Of a stretch of DNA of 64,000 bases, positions 1 through 11,030 are shown piece by piece. Both the position numbers and the translations under genes were made by a program. The first letter of the stretch is position 1. Each line of letters starts with the position of its first letter. The DNA is from Vicugna vicugna (Eukaryota), in NCBI GenBank assembly GCA_013265495.1, contig MU057887.1, forward strand, positions 2,389,576-2,453,575. Reading direction: 5' to 3'. The notes below the pieces were generated by a model, which worked only from the letters and a program-made list of their open reading frames with translations, did no database searches and was not told the origin of the DNA.

Positions 1-479
1 CCATTTATTTGAAGTGTTTGCAAATTCTGGTCTCGTCTTGGCTTGCTTTTGCTTTTCTGTAGCCCCTCCAGAAATCCGAAATTAAAATTTGGATTACTTT
101 TGAGGGCTTTTCTCTTCGAGGGGCCTGGGAAAAAACCCAACGTTTATATCTCCCGGCCATACAAAAGTTCCAAAAGCTCTGTTCAACTTCTTAGTCCCCA
201 GCTGTCGCTTAAATATCAACACACAAGCAAGGCCACGAGCAGCTGAGGCCAGCCCAGATCACACAAGTGCCCTCCCCATGACATGTGCTTAGCCTGCCAA
301 CCTCGGGGTAGAAAAGAAATAACTTCTGGGGTAGTGTGTTGTGCAGGACGTGGGATCAACTGCCTGAGACAACACTTTCTTCCACAAAGAGTTCCTGTTA
401 TCTTTGCACCCCTGGATTCACAGACACCTCTCAGATGAGGCTTGGCCATGAGACCACCTGCTTGTACAGCTGGAAGCAG

Positions 480-780
480 GTTTCAACCATCCCAACCATT
501 TTCTGGCTGAACTCCTAAATTTGTTTCAAGATTTAGCCCCAGAAGAGCTCACCTGGGTTCCTCAGCCCACCCTCCACCCCTAACCCCTCATAACTTTCGC
601 GCACATGTCTGTTAGGGCACCTTTCACATTGTGACCAACCAGCGACTGGTACGTGCTGCCCCTGCTGCCCCCACCGTGTTGAATACGCAAGTTGGCGCTC
701 TGTTACCTTCAGATCCTCAGTGCAATTTCCAGCCTCTGTTATCGGCTGAGTCTACGCTCAGACAATGATGGGTAACAGGG
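480..780 (+). mobile_element. LINE-2 3' fragment (degenerate)
   Basis: Resembles the L2 3' tail (ctcagtgcaatttccagcctctg...gctcagacaatgatgggtaa); recalled similarity only. Confidence 0.4.
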
Positions 781-924
781 ACAGTGTCTGAAGGCTGTGT
801 GATATTTCATGATACACAAAATATTATTACAGACATTATTTTGAGTCTCACGTTGAGCGACGGAAGCTACTTACCTCGTCACATAAGGCAGGTGCTGTCT
901 TTGGTACAAGCTGTTGACCACTTC

Positions 925-1020
925 CTATATGGAGAAACTGGACCCCACCGAGGTTGAGTAACTGGCCTGAGATGACAAGGCTTGTAGTTAAGACAATGGG
1001 ACTAGAATCTGTGCTCTCTT
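925..1020 (-). mobile_element. MIR SINE fragment
   Basis: atggagaaactgga...gaggttgagtaactggcctgagatgacaaggcttgt...gggactagaatc matches the reverse-complemented MIR core. Confidence 0.65.
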
Positions 1021-2325
1021 CATCTTGCACGATGGCATCTGGACACAAGCTCGCTCTCATGCCCCTACTGGTGGGGGTTTAAACCAGGCCTTGGCGCCAA
1101 GCATGGCTTCACACGAGCATCAGCAGCTCCTGCCATTTCCATATTCAGCACACAGAACCACACACACCCTAGAAATTCAGAACTTGTCCACTGGGTACCT
1201 GGGTTTACACACATCGATCCTTGTATTCACTTTAACTGTGAACCTGCACAGTAAAAGCAAGGTCACAAGCTGGTGTTCTGTGCCTTCATGTAAGAGGAAC
1301 ACTCGGGTTTGTGAAGAACCACACCAGGAGGCTGCTGGAAGCTTTTCTGAGATGCCATAGAAACGTCTGTTCCGAAGTCCTCCTCACCGGCTCACATGCA
1401 GGAACAAGAACCCCCGTTGGCAGCGTGCGAGCAGCCCTGCACAGTGCCTGCGATGGGATTCGGTTGTTTTCTGGGTCCCCCAGATAAGCCCTGGGGGCCT
1501 AGAACTGCAGGCGACCCACAATGTGGCCCTAGATCTGCGTGGCTGGGAGGGCAGGCGCCTTTCCAAGCCCGGCAGGAATGTCCCAAGGTCCCCTGACCTG
1601 ACGGGGGCCAGGTAAGCGTCTCCAGGCTGAGGGTCGGGGGCAGTGTCCCACCGTCCCTGCCAACCCGGAGCTGTGGGCGATGGTGGGAAGGGGCCAGGAC
1701 ACAGAAAGGAAGAGGCTTCCAGTGACTGTGTGCGCCTTGGTGAGCATGTCCCCCTCTGGAGCAGGTACACAGAGTGACTGGTCAGTCCTCCACTGAGCTG
1801 GGGGTGCTGGGAGGACCCAACCTGCTGCGGGTAGCGTGGGGCCCCCCCTGCCGCTGTGACACATACAGACTCTGCTCCTGGGGGCACCTTATCACTCATC
1901 ACAGCTCTCGTGGTCCCAGGCCTGAGTGCTGTGAGGCAGGAGCTCCGTCCCCATGTTGCCCTCCCCTGGACAGCACAAAGCTTTCTTTCTCTTTCCTTTT
2001 GTTTCCATCCCTCCACTGAACTACCCTGGACATTACGTGTAGCAGAGGCGGCAACGATTAGAAGAGGAAAAAAGACTAATAAACGTACAAGTGTCAAGGA
2101 TGTGGTCAGTGTGTGTGGTGCCCCCCAAGGCGGGACGCAGCCATCTGCAGAGGAACGGTGTGGTCTTAAGTCTGATATGGTCCGTTGGTCATTGATCTGG
2201 TGAGGTGACAGTACACCCCCGTGATCGGATGCACCGTCTATCGGCAGATGTGGCCTGGGACGTACTGGGTAGCTGCTACGCAGTAGGGATTTCCCGTGTC
2301 AAGGTGAGAGTGTAGATGCTAGAGT

Positions 2326-2560
2326 TGTCTTAACAGGGTTCTCCAGAGAAACAGAGCCAACAGGAGACATTGCGAGGAACTGGCTCCGCTGATCACAGAA
2401 GCCGGAAGTCCCGCACCTGCCGGCTGCAAGCGGGAGGCCCGGGGCAGCCAACGGTGTAAGTTTTGGTCCAAAGCAGGAGAAAGCGGACGTCCCAGCTCAA
2501 TGCCAGCCAGGCAGTGAGAGCCGGTTTCCTCTCGTTCTCCCTCTTTGTTGCTGTTCTTCT
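2326..2560 (-). mobile_element. MLT2-type (ERVL) LTR fragment
   Basis: agggttctccagagaaacagagccaacagga...gaggaactggctc...gaagtcccgcacctgccggctgcaagc is the characteristic MLT2 end in reverse orientation. Confidence 0.75.
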
Positions 2561-2589
2561 TTTTAATGAGCACCTGCTTTTCTTTATCT

Positions 2590-2845
2590 GTGCCAATTCA
2601 GATCAGACTTACTGATCTTCGCCAGTCTATACGTGAAAGTGGCACTGCCTTATCATTTACATCTTCATTTCCAATTATTATGATGAAGCTGAGCATCTTT
2701 TTGTGTGTATACTGTCCACTTAGAGCTCCTCTTCTGGGGACCATGCATGCTTTTTTTGGCCCATTTTTCTATTGTGGGTTGGTCTTCTTATTTATTTGTA
2801 AGGACTCTTGATATATTAGGAAATCAGCCCTTGTCTGGTTTCTAA
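2590..2845 (-). mobile_element. Old LINE-1 (L1M) ORF2 3' fragment
   Basis: gatgaagctgagcatcttttt...gcccatttttctattgtgggttggtcttcttatttatttgtaaggactcttgatatattagga is typical antisense L1M sequence. Confidence 0.75.
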
Positions 2846-2849
2846 ATTG

Positions 2850-3800
2850 TAAAAATGTGATAAACTCGATGTTCATGCAAACATCACATAAGAACAGCAC
2901 CCCCTCCACTACAAGCACAGACGCTTCCAGCCATTGGGAGAAGACTGTGTATACAAACCCGCACTTGAGAGAACTTCACTCTTGAAGGGAGGTTTTGGCT
3001 TAGAAGGTTGTCTTGCTTTGTCAAGGAATCAGATGTTTATTGTCCTGGGAAAAAAAATGCGTGTGTCTGTGCAAATGCTTATGGAGTCTCTGAATAACTT
3101 TCTAAGACTAAGAATTAATGTTTTATTGTGTACAATAAAGGCAACCCAGGTCTCTCTGATGTGAATATCTGCCGATTCACTTTGGGCACAGGAAGAAATG
3201 ACACGCTGCCCCTGGGTGCTTCCTGCCGTGTCTTTCCCAGAGCATCAGTGTCATCCCCAAACAGAGATAAGCTCACAGTCTGGGTGCCCTATCGCCAAGT
3301 GCACACCTAGTGTTCAGCAGAGATATCTGTGTCTCAGGATGTAAGGGGGAAGAGTCGGGACATCAAACATTGAAAGTTATCTTATTCCCACATGACATGG
3401 AGGAATAAAATGTGTTGTCTGACCCTCTCCCCGCCCGCATGTGGCAGAAGACAGCTCATGGACCAAAGATGAGGCACAGAAAGCTTCACTTGGTTTATTT
3501 GGATAAATAAATGTATAGACTGCTCAGGAGAGAAACTCCATGGTCGGGGGCGGGGCGGAAAGACAGAGGGCAATGTAATAGCTTTTCTTAGGTGTGAAGT
3601 AGTGGGCTTGGGCATAATTAAATCGTCTGTTATGAGCCTGAACCAGGCCGCAGTCACTGGATTTGATTTTAATTGGTCTACTGATACTAAACATTTCATA
3701 CGCTTTTTTGTTCTAGATCGATGGGATGAGGCTCCCCCCACTGGGGGCGGCCTACCATCACTCAGTCTCGGATTCGCATGTCAGTCTCATCCGGAATTCA
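2850..3800 (-). mobile_element. Probable degenerate ERV LTR fragment(s)
   Basis: Segment ending ...ttattcccaca (TG start on the minus strand, ~3391), reverse poly(A) signals (tttatt) and LTR-like composition; family not identified. Confidence 0.3.
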
Positions 3801-3859
3801 TCCAGCGTCTGGGCACCCGTGGCCAGTCCCGTGGGCGGTAAAATGAGCCATCACAGTCA

Positions 3860-4050
3860 AAAGACCTGCCTGGGTTCTAATCCAGGCCCCACGTCTCCCC
3901 AGCAGAGCGACACTGGTGAGTTCTGAGTGTCTCCCCACCTTGATTTTCTCACTTTCAAAATGAAGATAAGAGACAGGCCCTACCCCCTGGGCTAGGACGA
4001 TGTTCACGTGAAGAAACGCCTGTAAAGGGCTCCGCCAGTGTCTGGCCCAC
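3860..4050 (+). mobile_element. MIR SINE
   Basis: gacctgcctgggttctaatccaggcccc...ttttctcactttcaaaatgaagataa...gcctgtaaagggctcc...gtctggcccac follows the MIR consensus. Confidence 0.7.
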
Positions 4051-5460
4051 GTGAGCGCTGAGGAGGTCCTCTCCGGGGCCCCACCGGGAGCCCGCCGCCT
4101 CCCAGCCCCCAGGCCACCCCGCCCGCTTGGAGGAGACACGTGGCCCTCCCTCCCCGCCTCCCTGCCCCGTCCTCAGACTCCCCTGTCTGAATGCAAGCTG
4201 GCCTCTGCAGACACTCTGGGGATTAATAAGTGAAGCCTCAAAAAATAAGTTTTCATCTTCCTCCCCTCACTATCCACGAAGCCAGGTCGCTGCAGAAAAG
4301 AAGAAAACGCTTACCTGGAACGTCCTACAAACAAGCCTTAATTTAAAAAGAAGTTAAAAGTCGTAGAGCGGCCAGAGCGCAAACTCATCGCTCCCTGCAG
4401 GCAGGGCTGGGTGGCGACCCTCCCGCGTGTGCCCGAGCGAGCGAGCGTCCCCCGCGTCTGCGTCTGCGCGGAGCCGGGCGGCGCCGCCCAAGCGCTGCGG
4501 GCTCGGTGCGCGGGCCGCGCGGGGCGCGAGCGGCCCGCTTCCGGCCGCGCAGACCCCGCGCCCACTGCGCAGCCCTTTCGGGTGATGAAGATCACAAATG
4601 AAATGACCGTTCACGGGCCCGATACATTTTATGTTCGAAAAGAAGCATTTTCTTCATGAGTGCCTGTTTGTAATTTAGCTGACTTTTAATAACGGCTCAG
4701 AAAATTTGAAAAAAAAGAACAAAACAACAACAACAACAAAAAAACCAAAGACCGTTTCGCAGCTGGACCGCGAGCCGTGGAGGAAGTAGGGGTGGAGGGG
4801 GCCGTGCAGGGGGCGCCCCGCCGCCGCCCGGGAAGCCAGGCCCGGCGCCGCCCTGCTCGCGCCTCCCTTCGCGGAGGCGCTGAGCTTTTGTGATGTTCAC
4901 TCTTCATTCGCTTACGCAACAGCTGCTGCGTGAAGTTTTTTGGAGGGTTTACTTCCTCAACCACTTGCTTAATAAATGGCAGTTAATCCTCCGCCTGGGT
5001 CCTCCGCTGGGCGCCGCGGTTCAGACAGCGGACAAGACGGCCGCTGCGGCGGCGCCTCGGGGTCACTGCGGCGGAGGGGACGCGAGCTGAAGGGTGACGC
5101 TCCGGGAGGGCCGTGCGCTTTGACGGGGCGTTAGAAAGAGCCCGGGGGTTGGCGGGTCCCGGGCGGACCCGGGGAGCTGGGGGCTCCCCCTCCCACCCAC
5201 CCGCAGACCCGCCGCTCAGAGCCGCTCAGGGCCGCCCTGCAAGGATCACTCTCCTCCGTCCGCCCTGTGCTGCCTCTCCCAGCGCTCACGTGGGCTCCGG
5301 GGACCCTCTGTCCTGGCCAGGACTGGGGGGCTGCACCCCGGTTCCGGCGGGGGTGGGGGGCGGTACCGCCGTCTCCTGGGGCTCCTGCAGGCTGAGTGCT
5401 CCGCGGTCCCTGGCGCCCCTGGGCCGTGTGTTCCCGTTGCCTCGGGCAACCCTGGACCAC
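4050..5460. promoter_or_regulatory. CpG island 1 (promoter or poised-enhancer-like)
   Basis: Very dense CpG (e.g. 4420-4570, 4770-4880, 5010-5240), GC boxes and G-runs, non-repetitive; no associated coding exon found. Confidence 0.85.
4708..4744 (+). repeat. A-rich/(AAC)n simple repeat
   Basis: gaaaaaaaagaacaaaacaacaacaacaacaaaaaaa. Confidence 0.8.
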
Positions 5461-8400
5461 AGGTACCTTTTAGCTTCTTGCCAACGAAGCCTCTCGCCAC
5501 GAGGGCTAAGTTAGGGGCTCAGCAGTCGCCCACGAGATCAATTACAGGATCAGACACTCTGTCACGATCCTGCGTTTCCTCCGCGCAGAGCCAGTGGCCC
5601 AGGCCGGCTGGACGCCCTGCTCCAGTCCACACAGGAAGCGACCCCCACCAGGGAGGCCCACGCCCTCCCCGCTCCCTGTCAGTGATCCATCCCCATCTTT
5701 CTGCAGAGCAACAGCTCAGCGGCCTAAAACACCCTCTTGAAATCTGCAAAGATATTAGCAAACTCCCCTCCACTTCTGAGTGTCTCCTAGATGTCAAAAT
5801 GTTGACTTCGTCCCTGCTAAAATGCGGCTTTAGGGAAAAAAAAAAAATCACATCTTTTCAAACTTCCTGCAGTCCCTGTCATTTGCAGCATATGTTCCTG
5901 CATAATGATGTTCGTAAGTGAAGTGACATTTCAGAGTAATGAGGCTTCAGTGACAAAGTGTGAGAGATGTGACAAGTTTTCTCTAATAGAAAAAGGCAGT
6001 GTAGACAAAACCAGATCCACAGCCCAGGCTGGCTCTGGGCTCGGCCTTGAGCCCGGAGGTGGTGTGGGTGCACCTGCCGCCCAGAGCACCAGCCGTTCTG
6101 GGGGGAATGTGCGGGGACCACGAGTCCCCATCAGACCCGCTCACTGGGAGGACCGGCAGCTGGCCTGCAGGCAGGATCGGGGTGGGGGGTTAGCAGGCAC
6201 CCACCTGGGTGCTCAGGGCTGTCCCCTGTCCTCGCAACCCCTGCCTGGCGTCACTCCCCGCTCTGCCTTCCTGCTTCCCTGCGATGGGAGGCTGCTTCCC
6301 ACCCCCGGGGGTGAGTCCAGGCCCAGCCCTGCAGCGGCCGAAGGCTGGCTTTCTGGCTGGAAGGAAAAGCCCCAGGGCCTCAAGTCTCCCTGGCGGGGTC
6401 TCTGCATTAGCCAGGGCCCCAGGGCTCCCAGTTTTTGCTGCCTCGATGGGAAAAGCTGACTCGGCTCCAAGTCCCACCTACACCCCTCGGGCCGGCGCCC
6501 CCTCGGCTTCCCCCGACAGTCTGTGCTCTGTCACTGCAGCCCCATCTCTCCAAGCTCCGCACAAGTTCACGGGGGTCGCCCTCACTCCCACCTGGGGGCC
6601 CGTTCCTTACAGGCCAAGCCTCTGCTAGGGGTCTCTCACCCTTGAAGTCTGCTCACCCGGGGGCCCTCAGTCCTGGGCAGCGACTTGTCTTTCAAGCTCA
6701 TTCATAAGGATTCAGCAAGTGGCCGCAGCGCTTGGGCTCTCCGAGGATCCGGGGCGCACGGGCGGGGAGACCCGAGGGCCGTCCTGATGGGGGGAGACGG
6801 GCAGACGCGGGTAAGCAGAAGAATGAACGACGGCGTCCCTGCAGGAGGGAGCGAGGTGGCCCCGCGGTGGGCACGGCGGCCCTGGGGGCCTCTCTTGGCT
6901 TCTCCCCGCCGCGCCCTGCCCGATGCGTTGCTACGTGCTTCTTTACATCCTTTCTTATTCAGCGCTCGTCTCCCCCATACACCCAGCAAGCAGCACGCGA
7001 GGAGTAGTTAATATCTGCTCAGTGCTCTGTGCAGGCTCCAGGCGAAGAGGCGGACAGGGATCAGCACATGTCAGCGTCACAGCGAATCTCCAGGAAGTTC
7101 CACTTTGGTCTCTGTAAGGAAGATGAGACACAGGTGCTTGGGGAGGCCAGGGCTGGCCACCAGCCGGCAGGTGGAGGCTCTGGGACTTGCCTGTGGGGGG
7201 CAGGGGTGGTGGCTCTCTCGGAGGGTCCCCTGCTCCATGACGCAGGGCTCTGGTCTGCTCAGCACCAGGCGGCCAGCGGCCAGCAGAGCCCCTGGCTACG
7301 GAGTGACTGAGTGAGCGGGCAGATGACCTCATTCCTCCTCTAACAGATGGATCGCCTCTACAATGGGAACACTGTGTTGTGCAACCCCTCCCCCACTTCC
7401 AGATTATTCCAACAGGGCTGCCTGCAACGCTTGTCTCCTAAGTGCCCACAAAGAGACTCTCATGCCTCCCTGTCTCCTTGGAAATCCAGAGGGCTCCCTG
7501 GCAGCTCACGGCACTCTTGTCATCCCTATCCTATCCCTGGTGGGCTTCCTGGAGGAGCTGGCTCATAGAGTGGGCCTTGAAAAGGACCCCCTGCTTCAAC
7601 CTTCACTTCTGAGCGCAGGCTCCCAGATACTCCAAAAGTGGCACAAGAAACTTTTGGCACAAAGACCTGGGACAGCAGGCTGGGCTTTGGCTCTGCCACG
7701 CGTGCTGGTGCTTAGAACAAGTCATCCATCTGCTCGTGGATGTGCTGGGAACGCCAGGTCCTCACCCTCTGGCTGTACCTCCCGGAGCCGCACAGACGCT
7801 TGGCTCATCCAGAAAGGGGCGTGTCCTCCAGGAAGACCAAGATGCAGGCAGCAGACTCAAGAGGTATTTCCATCCACAGATGTTGGTAAGAAGAGCAATT
7901 TCCAAGGATTAAAGGCTGCAGAAACCTAACTATTCAACACATTTACTCGTTGGCGGGTCCGGGATTCTGCTGGGCAAAGAGCCGGCTTCAGTCCTCTGCT
8001 CTCAGCTCTGGCGCCCGGCTCTGCCAGCTCGGGTCTGTTCCTGAGCTCTGTCTCCTGGGCTCCCTCCTCCAGCTCTGGCGCGGGTGTTCACGGCACGCCT
8101 TGCCTTGAGCCCCTGCTTTCAGCCTAAGATTCAGAAACCCTGTAACCAAACCGTGAGCAAAACTCAATCAATCCTGCCCAGAGGGAGGGGCCAAGACTTC
8201 TTTCCCAGACCAGTGGGAACTGGAGACCCCCACGGCTGCTCAAAGAACCCCTTCCTCCTCCCAGGTGCGCTGTTCCCTGACCTCAACTCCCGCTAAGCAG
8301 AAAACCAGACCTTGGTCAGCGCGCAGGACCCCCGCCCGGGGCAGGGCCTTCCCAGGGCAGAGGGAAGCCGTTCCCAGGATTTACAAAGCCCCTGCCCCCG

Positions 8401-8679
8401 AGGAGCTCCGGGCGCACAAACCTCATCAGTTCAGTCTTTTATGTACTCACCACAGCGGTTTGGGAAACATTTCAAAATTAGACAAGCATTAGCTTAGCTT
8501 GTAAAATTAAAAATAAACTGTAACGGCTTTAATGATGTTGTGCTAAATGCCAGGCCTCATAGCACCTCACGTTCCTTGAACACTTTATGGCTCCCAGTGC
8601 ACTTTTAACTAACTTCTCATCTGGGAAGATGTTCACAATGCACCCGCCTCATACGGGATGCCCGCCGACTGGGGCCCTG

Positions 8680-8918
8680 AGGGTGTGGGTGCAGACTGAC
8701 CTCCTCGGCCGGGCGCAGGGCCCCCCCCAGATTCCTCGGGACGGACGCCCAAGTCTGACTGGGATTCCGGAGCTGCCGGCGGGCCCGTCCTGCCTGGACC
8801 CCGTCCTTACACCCGTGTTGGCGACCTTCTGCCGGGTCTGAGCCCACAGACCACAGCTCTGTTCCTCCTCACGCGGAGGACCATCCTGGGAGGGAGGGGC
8901 TGGGCTCCTGCCTGGAGC
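8680..8918 (+). repeat. Source copy of a local ~240-bp direct duplication
   Basis: Aligns end to end with 12386-12631 (gggtgcagactgacctcctcggccggg...gggctcctgcc). Confidence 0.95.
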
Positions 8919-10489
8919 TCGGAGGGCAGGGCTTCCCCAGAAACCTTAGGATGGAACCCCTGGGGGTCTCCACCTCCGGGAGCTCAACCTGCCGACCGCC
9001 CTGCCCTCCTCCTCCCCGGCCCCTCTCCTGACCATGCTGGACACTCTGGGTCAAGGAGACCTGAATCCACCCTCAGCGGCTTCTTTGTTAGGTGGCCTTG
9101 GACAATTCCCACAGCGTTTCCAGATCTCACCTCTCTCCGCACTGCAGGGAGAGCTTTCAAGAGTAGGGCTTGTTAGGAAGACAGAGGCTGGGGACGGGAT
9201 GGGGCGGAGCCCTCCCAGTGTGGCTTTGTCTTCTCCAGGATGCGTCCACTCCCCCTGGGTCCTCGGGCAGCCCTCCTCCTTCGAGAGCCCCCAGCGCCAG
9301 GTGTTTTCCGTCCAGCACACTTTCCCCGGGCGCCCCAGCCTTGTCCCTGAGCGAGTCCTGCTCATGCTGACTTGGAAAAGGTGGATGGAAGGGTGCCCGC
9401 TCCGCTGGCTTCTGATGGCTCTCCTCTTCCCAAAGCTCAGCCCCCTGCCACGTGGTCCTGCCGGGGGTGGGGGGCGGCTCTGCACCCATCGCCCGCTGGG
9501 ATGCTATGGTCCGTTCAGATTCCCTGCCGGTACTTCACTAGAGACCAGACTGAGGCAGGCTGAGAGGTGGGGTCTCTCTGATGCTCTGGCTGTGACCTGG
9601 GAAGAACTGTGTTTCTCTCTTTTCTACAAGCGTGAGAGGGAAACAGAGACCAGGTTCCTTCCTTGGCACCGTGGACTGGTCCTGAAGTGGGTGGATGAGC
9701 TGGTGCCTGCTCAACACGGCTGCAGGTCGGGGTTTGTAACATTACCTGGTCACCCAGTTTCTCCGACAGCAGATGGACTTCAAAAAAAAGATTCTAAGGG
9801 GAAAATCACCCCCTCAATTCTAGCGGCTTATGCACCTGTGAAGTGGGCACAGGGGTCTCTTTCATTAGGATTTTTGTGTCGTCTCCCGTAAGTTTACTTC
9901 TTTGCTTTAGTAACGTACTTTCTTGCGCTAGACCTTATGACCCTCAAATCGAATTTCAGGTTAATTTGCAAGTACCTGGTCCTATAATTTTTGGACTGTG
10001 CGAATTACAAAAAACAATCTTCATAATTCTTAGGAGGAACGTTTTACCAATTATGCTGCTGGAGCCAAAGATTACAATTTCACAAATATCTTTGGTCGTT
10101 TTAGTGTAACAGCACACTATAATGTAATAGATTTTTTTAGTATAACAATAAAATAGACTAATATAACTTGTTTATTTGGGGGAGAACTGATTCAGAATAG
10201 GGTTTCAAAAGATCTGTGTAATTATCTGAGTGGTGAAGCAGTGTTTTACTCCAAATCAGAACATAGGTTTGTTTTAGTTTGCTACGTAGTCTTAACAAAT
10301 GCTGGCTGTTTTATGATCCTTTTCACCACCCTCTCCTCACCCAGGTCGACCTGGTCTTTACAGATCTTTACAGAACTTTATATCTGATCGTTAAAAATAT
10401 ATTTAAAGTAAGCATAATTGTACCCAAAGTATTATCAAAGTCTAAGCCAAGTTGAAATATTAATCTCTAAAATAATGTATCATTTAAGA

Positions 10490-11030
10490 CATTTTCCAGC
10501 TTTACTGAGGTGTAACTGACAGATAAGAATTGTGTATGTTTAAGGTCTAGAGTGTGTTTTGATACAAGTGCCTTGTGAAATGATTACCACAATGAACCTA
10601 ATAAACACACCCACCACATAGTTACCTGTGTGTGGAGGGGAGGTGGAGGACACTTAAGACCTACCTTCCGAGCAAAATTCAAGTGTGCAGTACAGTATTG
10701 GTAACTGTAGTCACCACGCTGTGCCCTACCCCCCAAACCTATTCATCCTGTGTTCCGGCAAATTTGTACCTTTGACAAACACCCCCCTACCGTCTTTTCC
10801 CCACCCCCAGCCTCTGGCAGCCGCAAGTCCACTCTCTGCTCCTGTCAGTCCAGTGACTTTAGGTCCCGCATGTAGGTGAGATCAGGCAGCGTCTGTCTTT
10901 CTCTGTCTGGCTCATTTCACTTACCATCATGTCCCGCACGTTCAAGGTTCATCCATGTCACATGTTGGCAAGATGTCCTTCTTTATTAAGGTTAAAATAA
11001 TATTCCCTCGCATATATATGCATATGTCAG
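10490..11030 (-). mobile_element. LINE-1 3' end (L1MA/L1MB-like)
   Basis: ccagctttactgaggtgtaactgac...gtgaaatgattaccacaat...gtgagatcaggcagcgtctgtctttctctgtctggctcatttcactta is an antisense L1 3' UTR/ORF2 end. Confidence 0.85.

Noticed and set aside
1384..2097. 237-aa ORF with a signal-peptide-like N-terminus
   Set aside because: Non-ATG start; the hydrophobic stretch derives from an A-rich tract; the remainder is low-information sequence with no family resemblance.
4582..4682. C/D-box snoRNA-like arrangement (GTGATGA ... CTGA)
   Set aside because: No terminal stem, no recognisable rRNA/snRNA guide and no host intron; the boxes are short enough to occur by chance.
7259..7282. REST/RE1-like tcagcacc...ggccagc
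   Set aside because: Wrong half-site spacing and a mismatched right half.
9034..9891. Longest ORF (285 aa, + strand)
   Set aside because: No recognisable domain; Pro/Gly/Arg/Leu-rich composition expected from GC-rich non-coding DNA; no clear exon structure.
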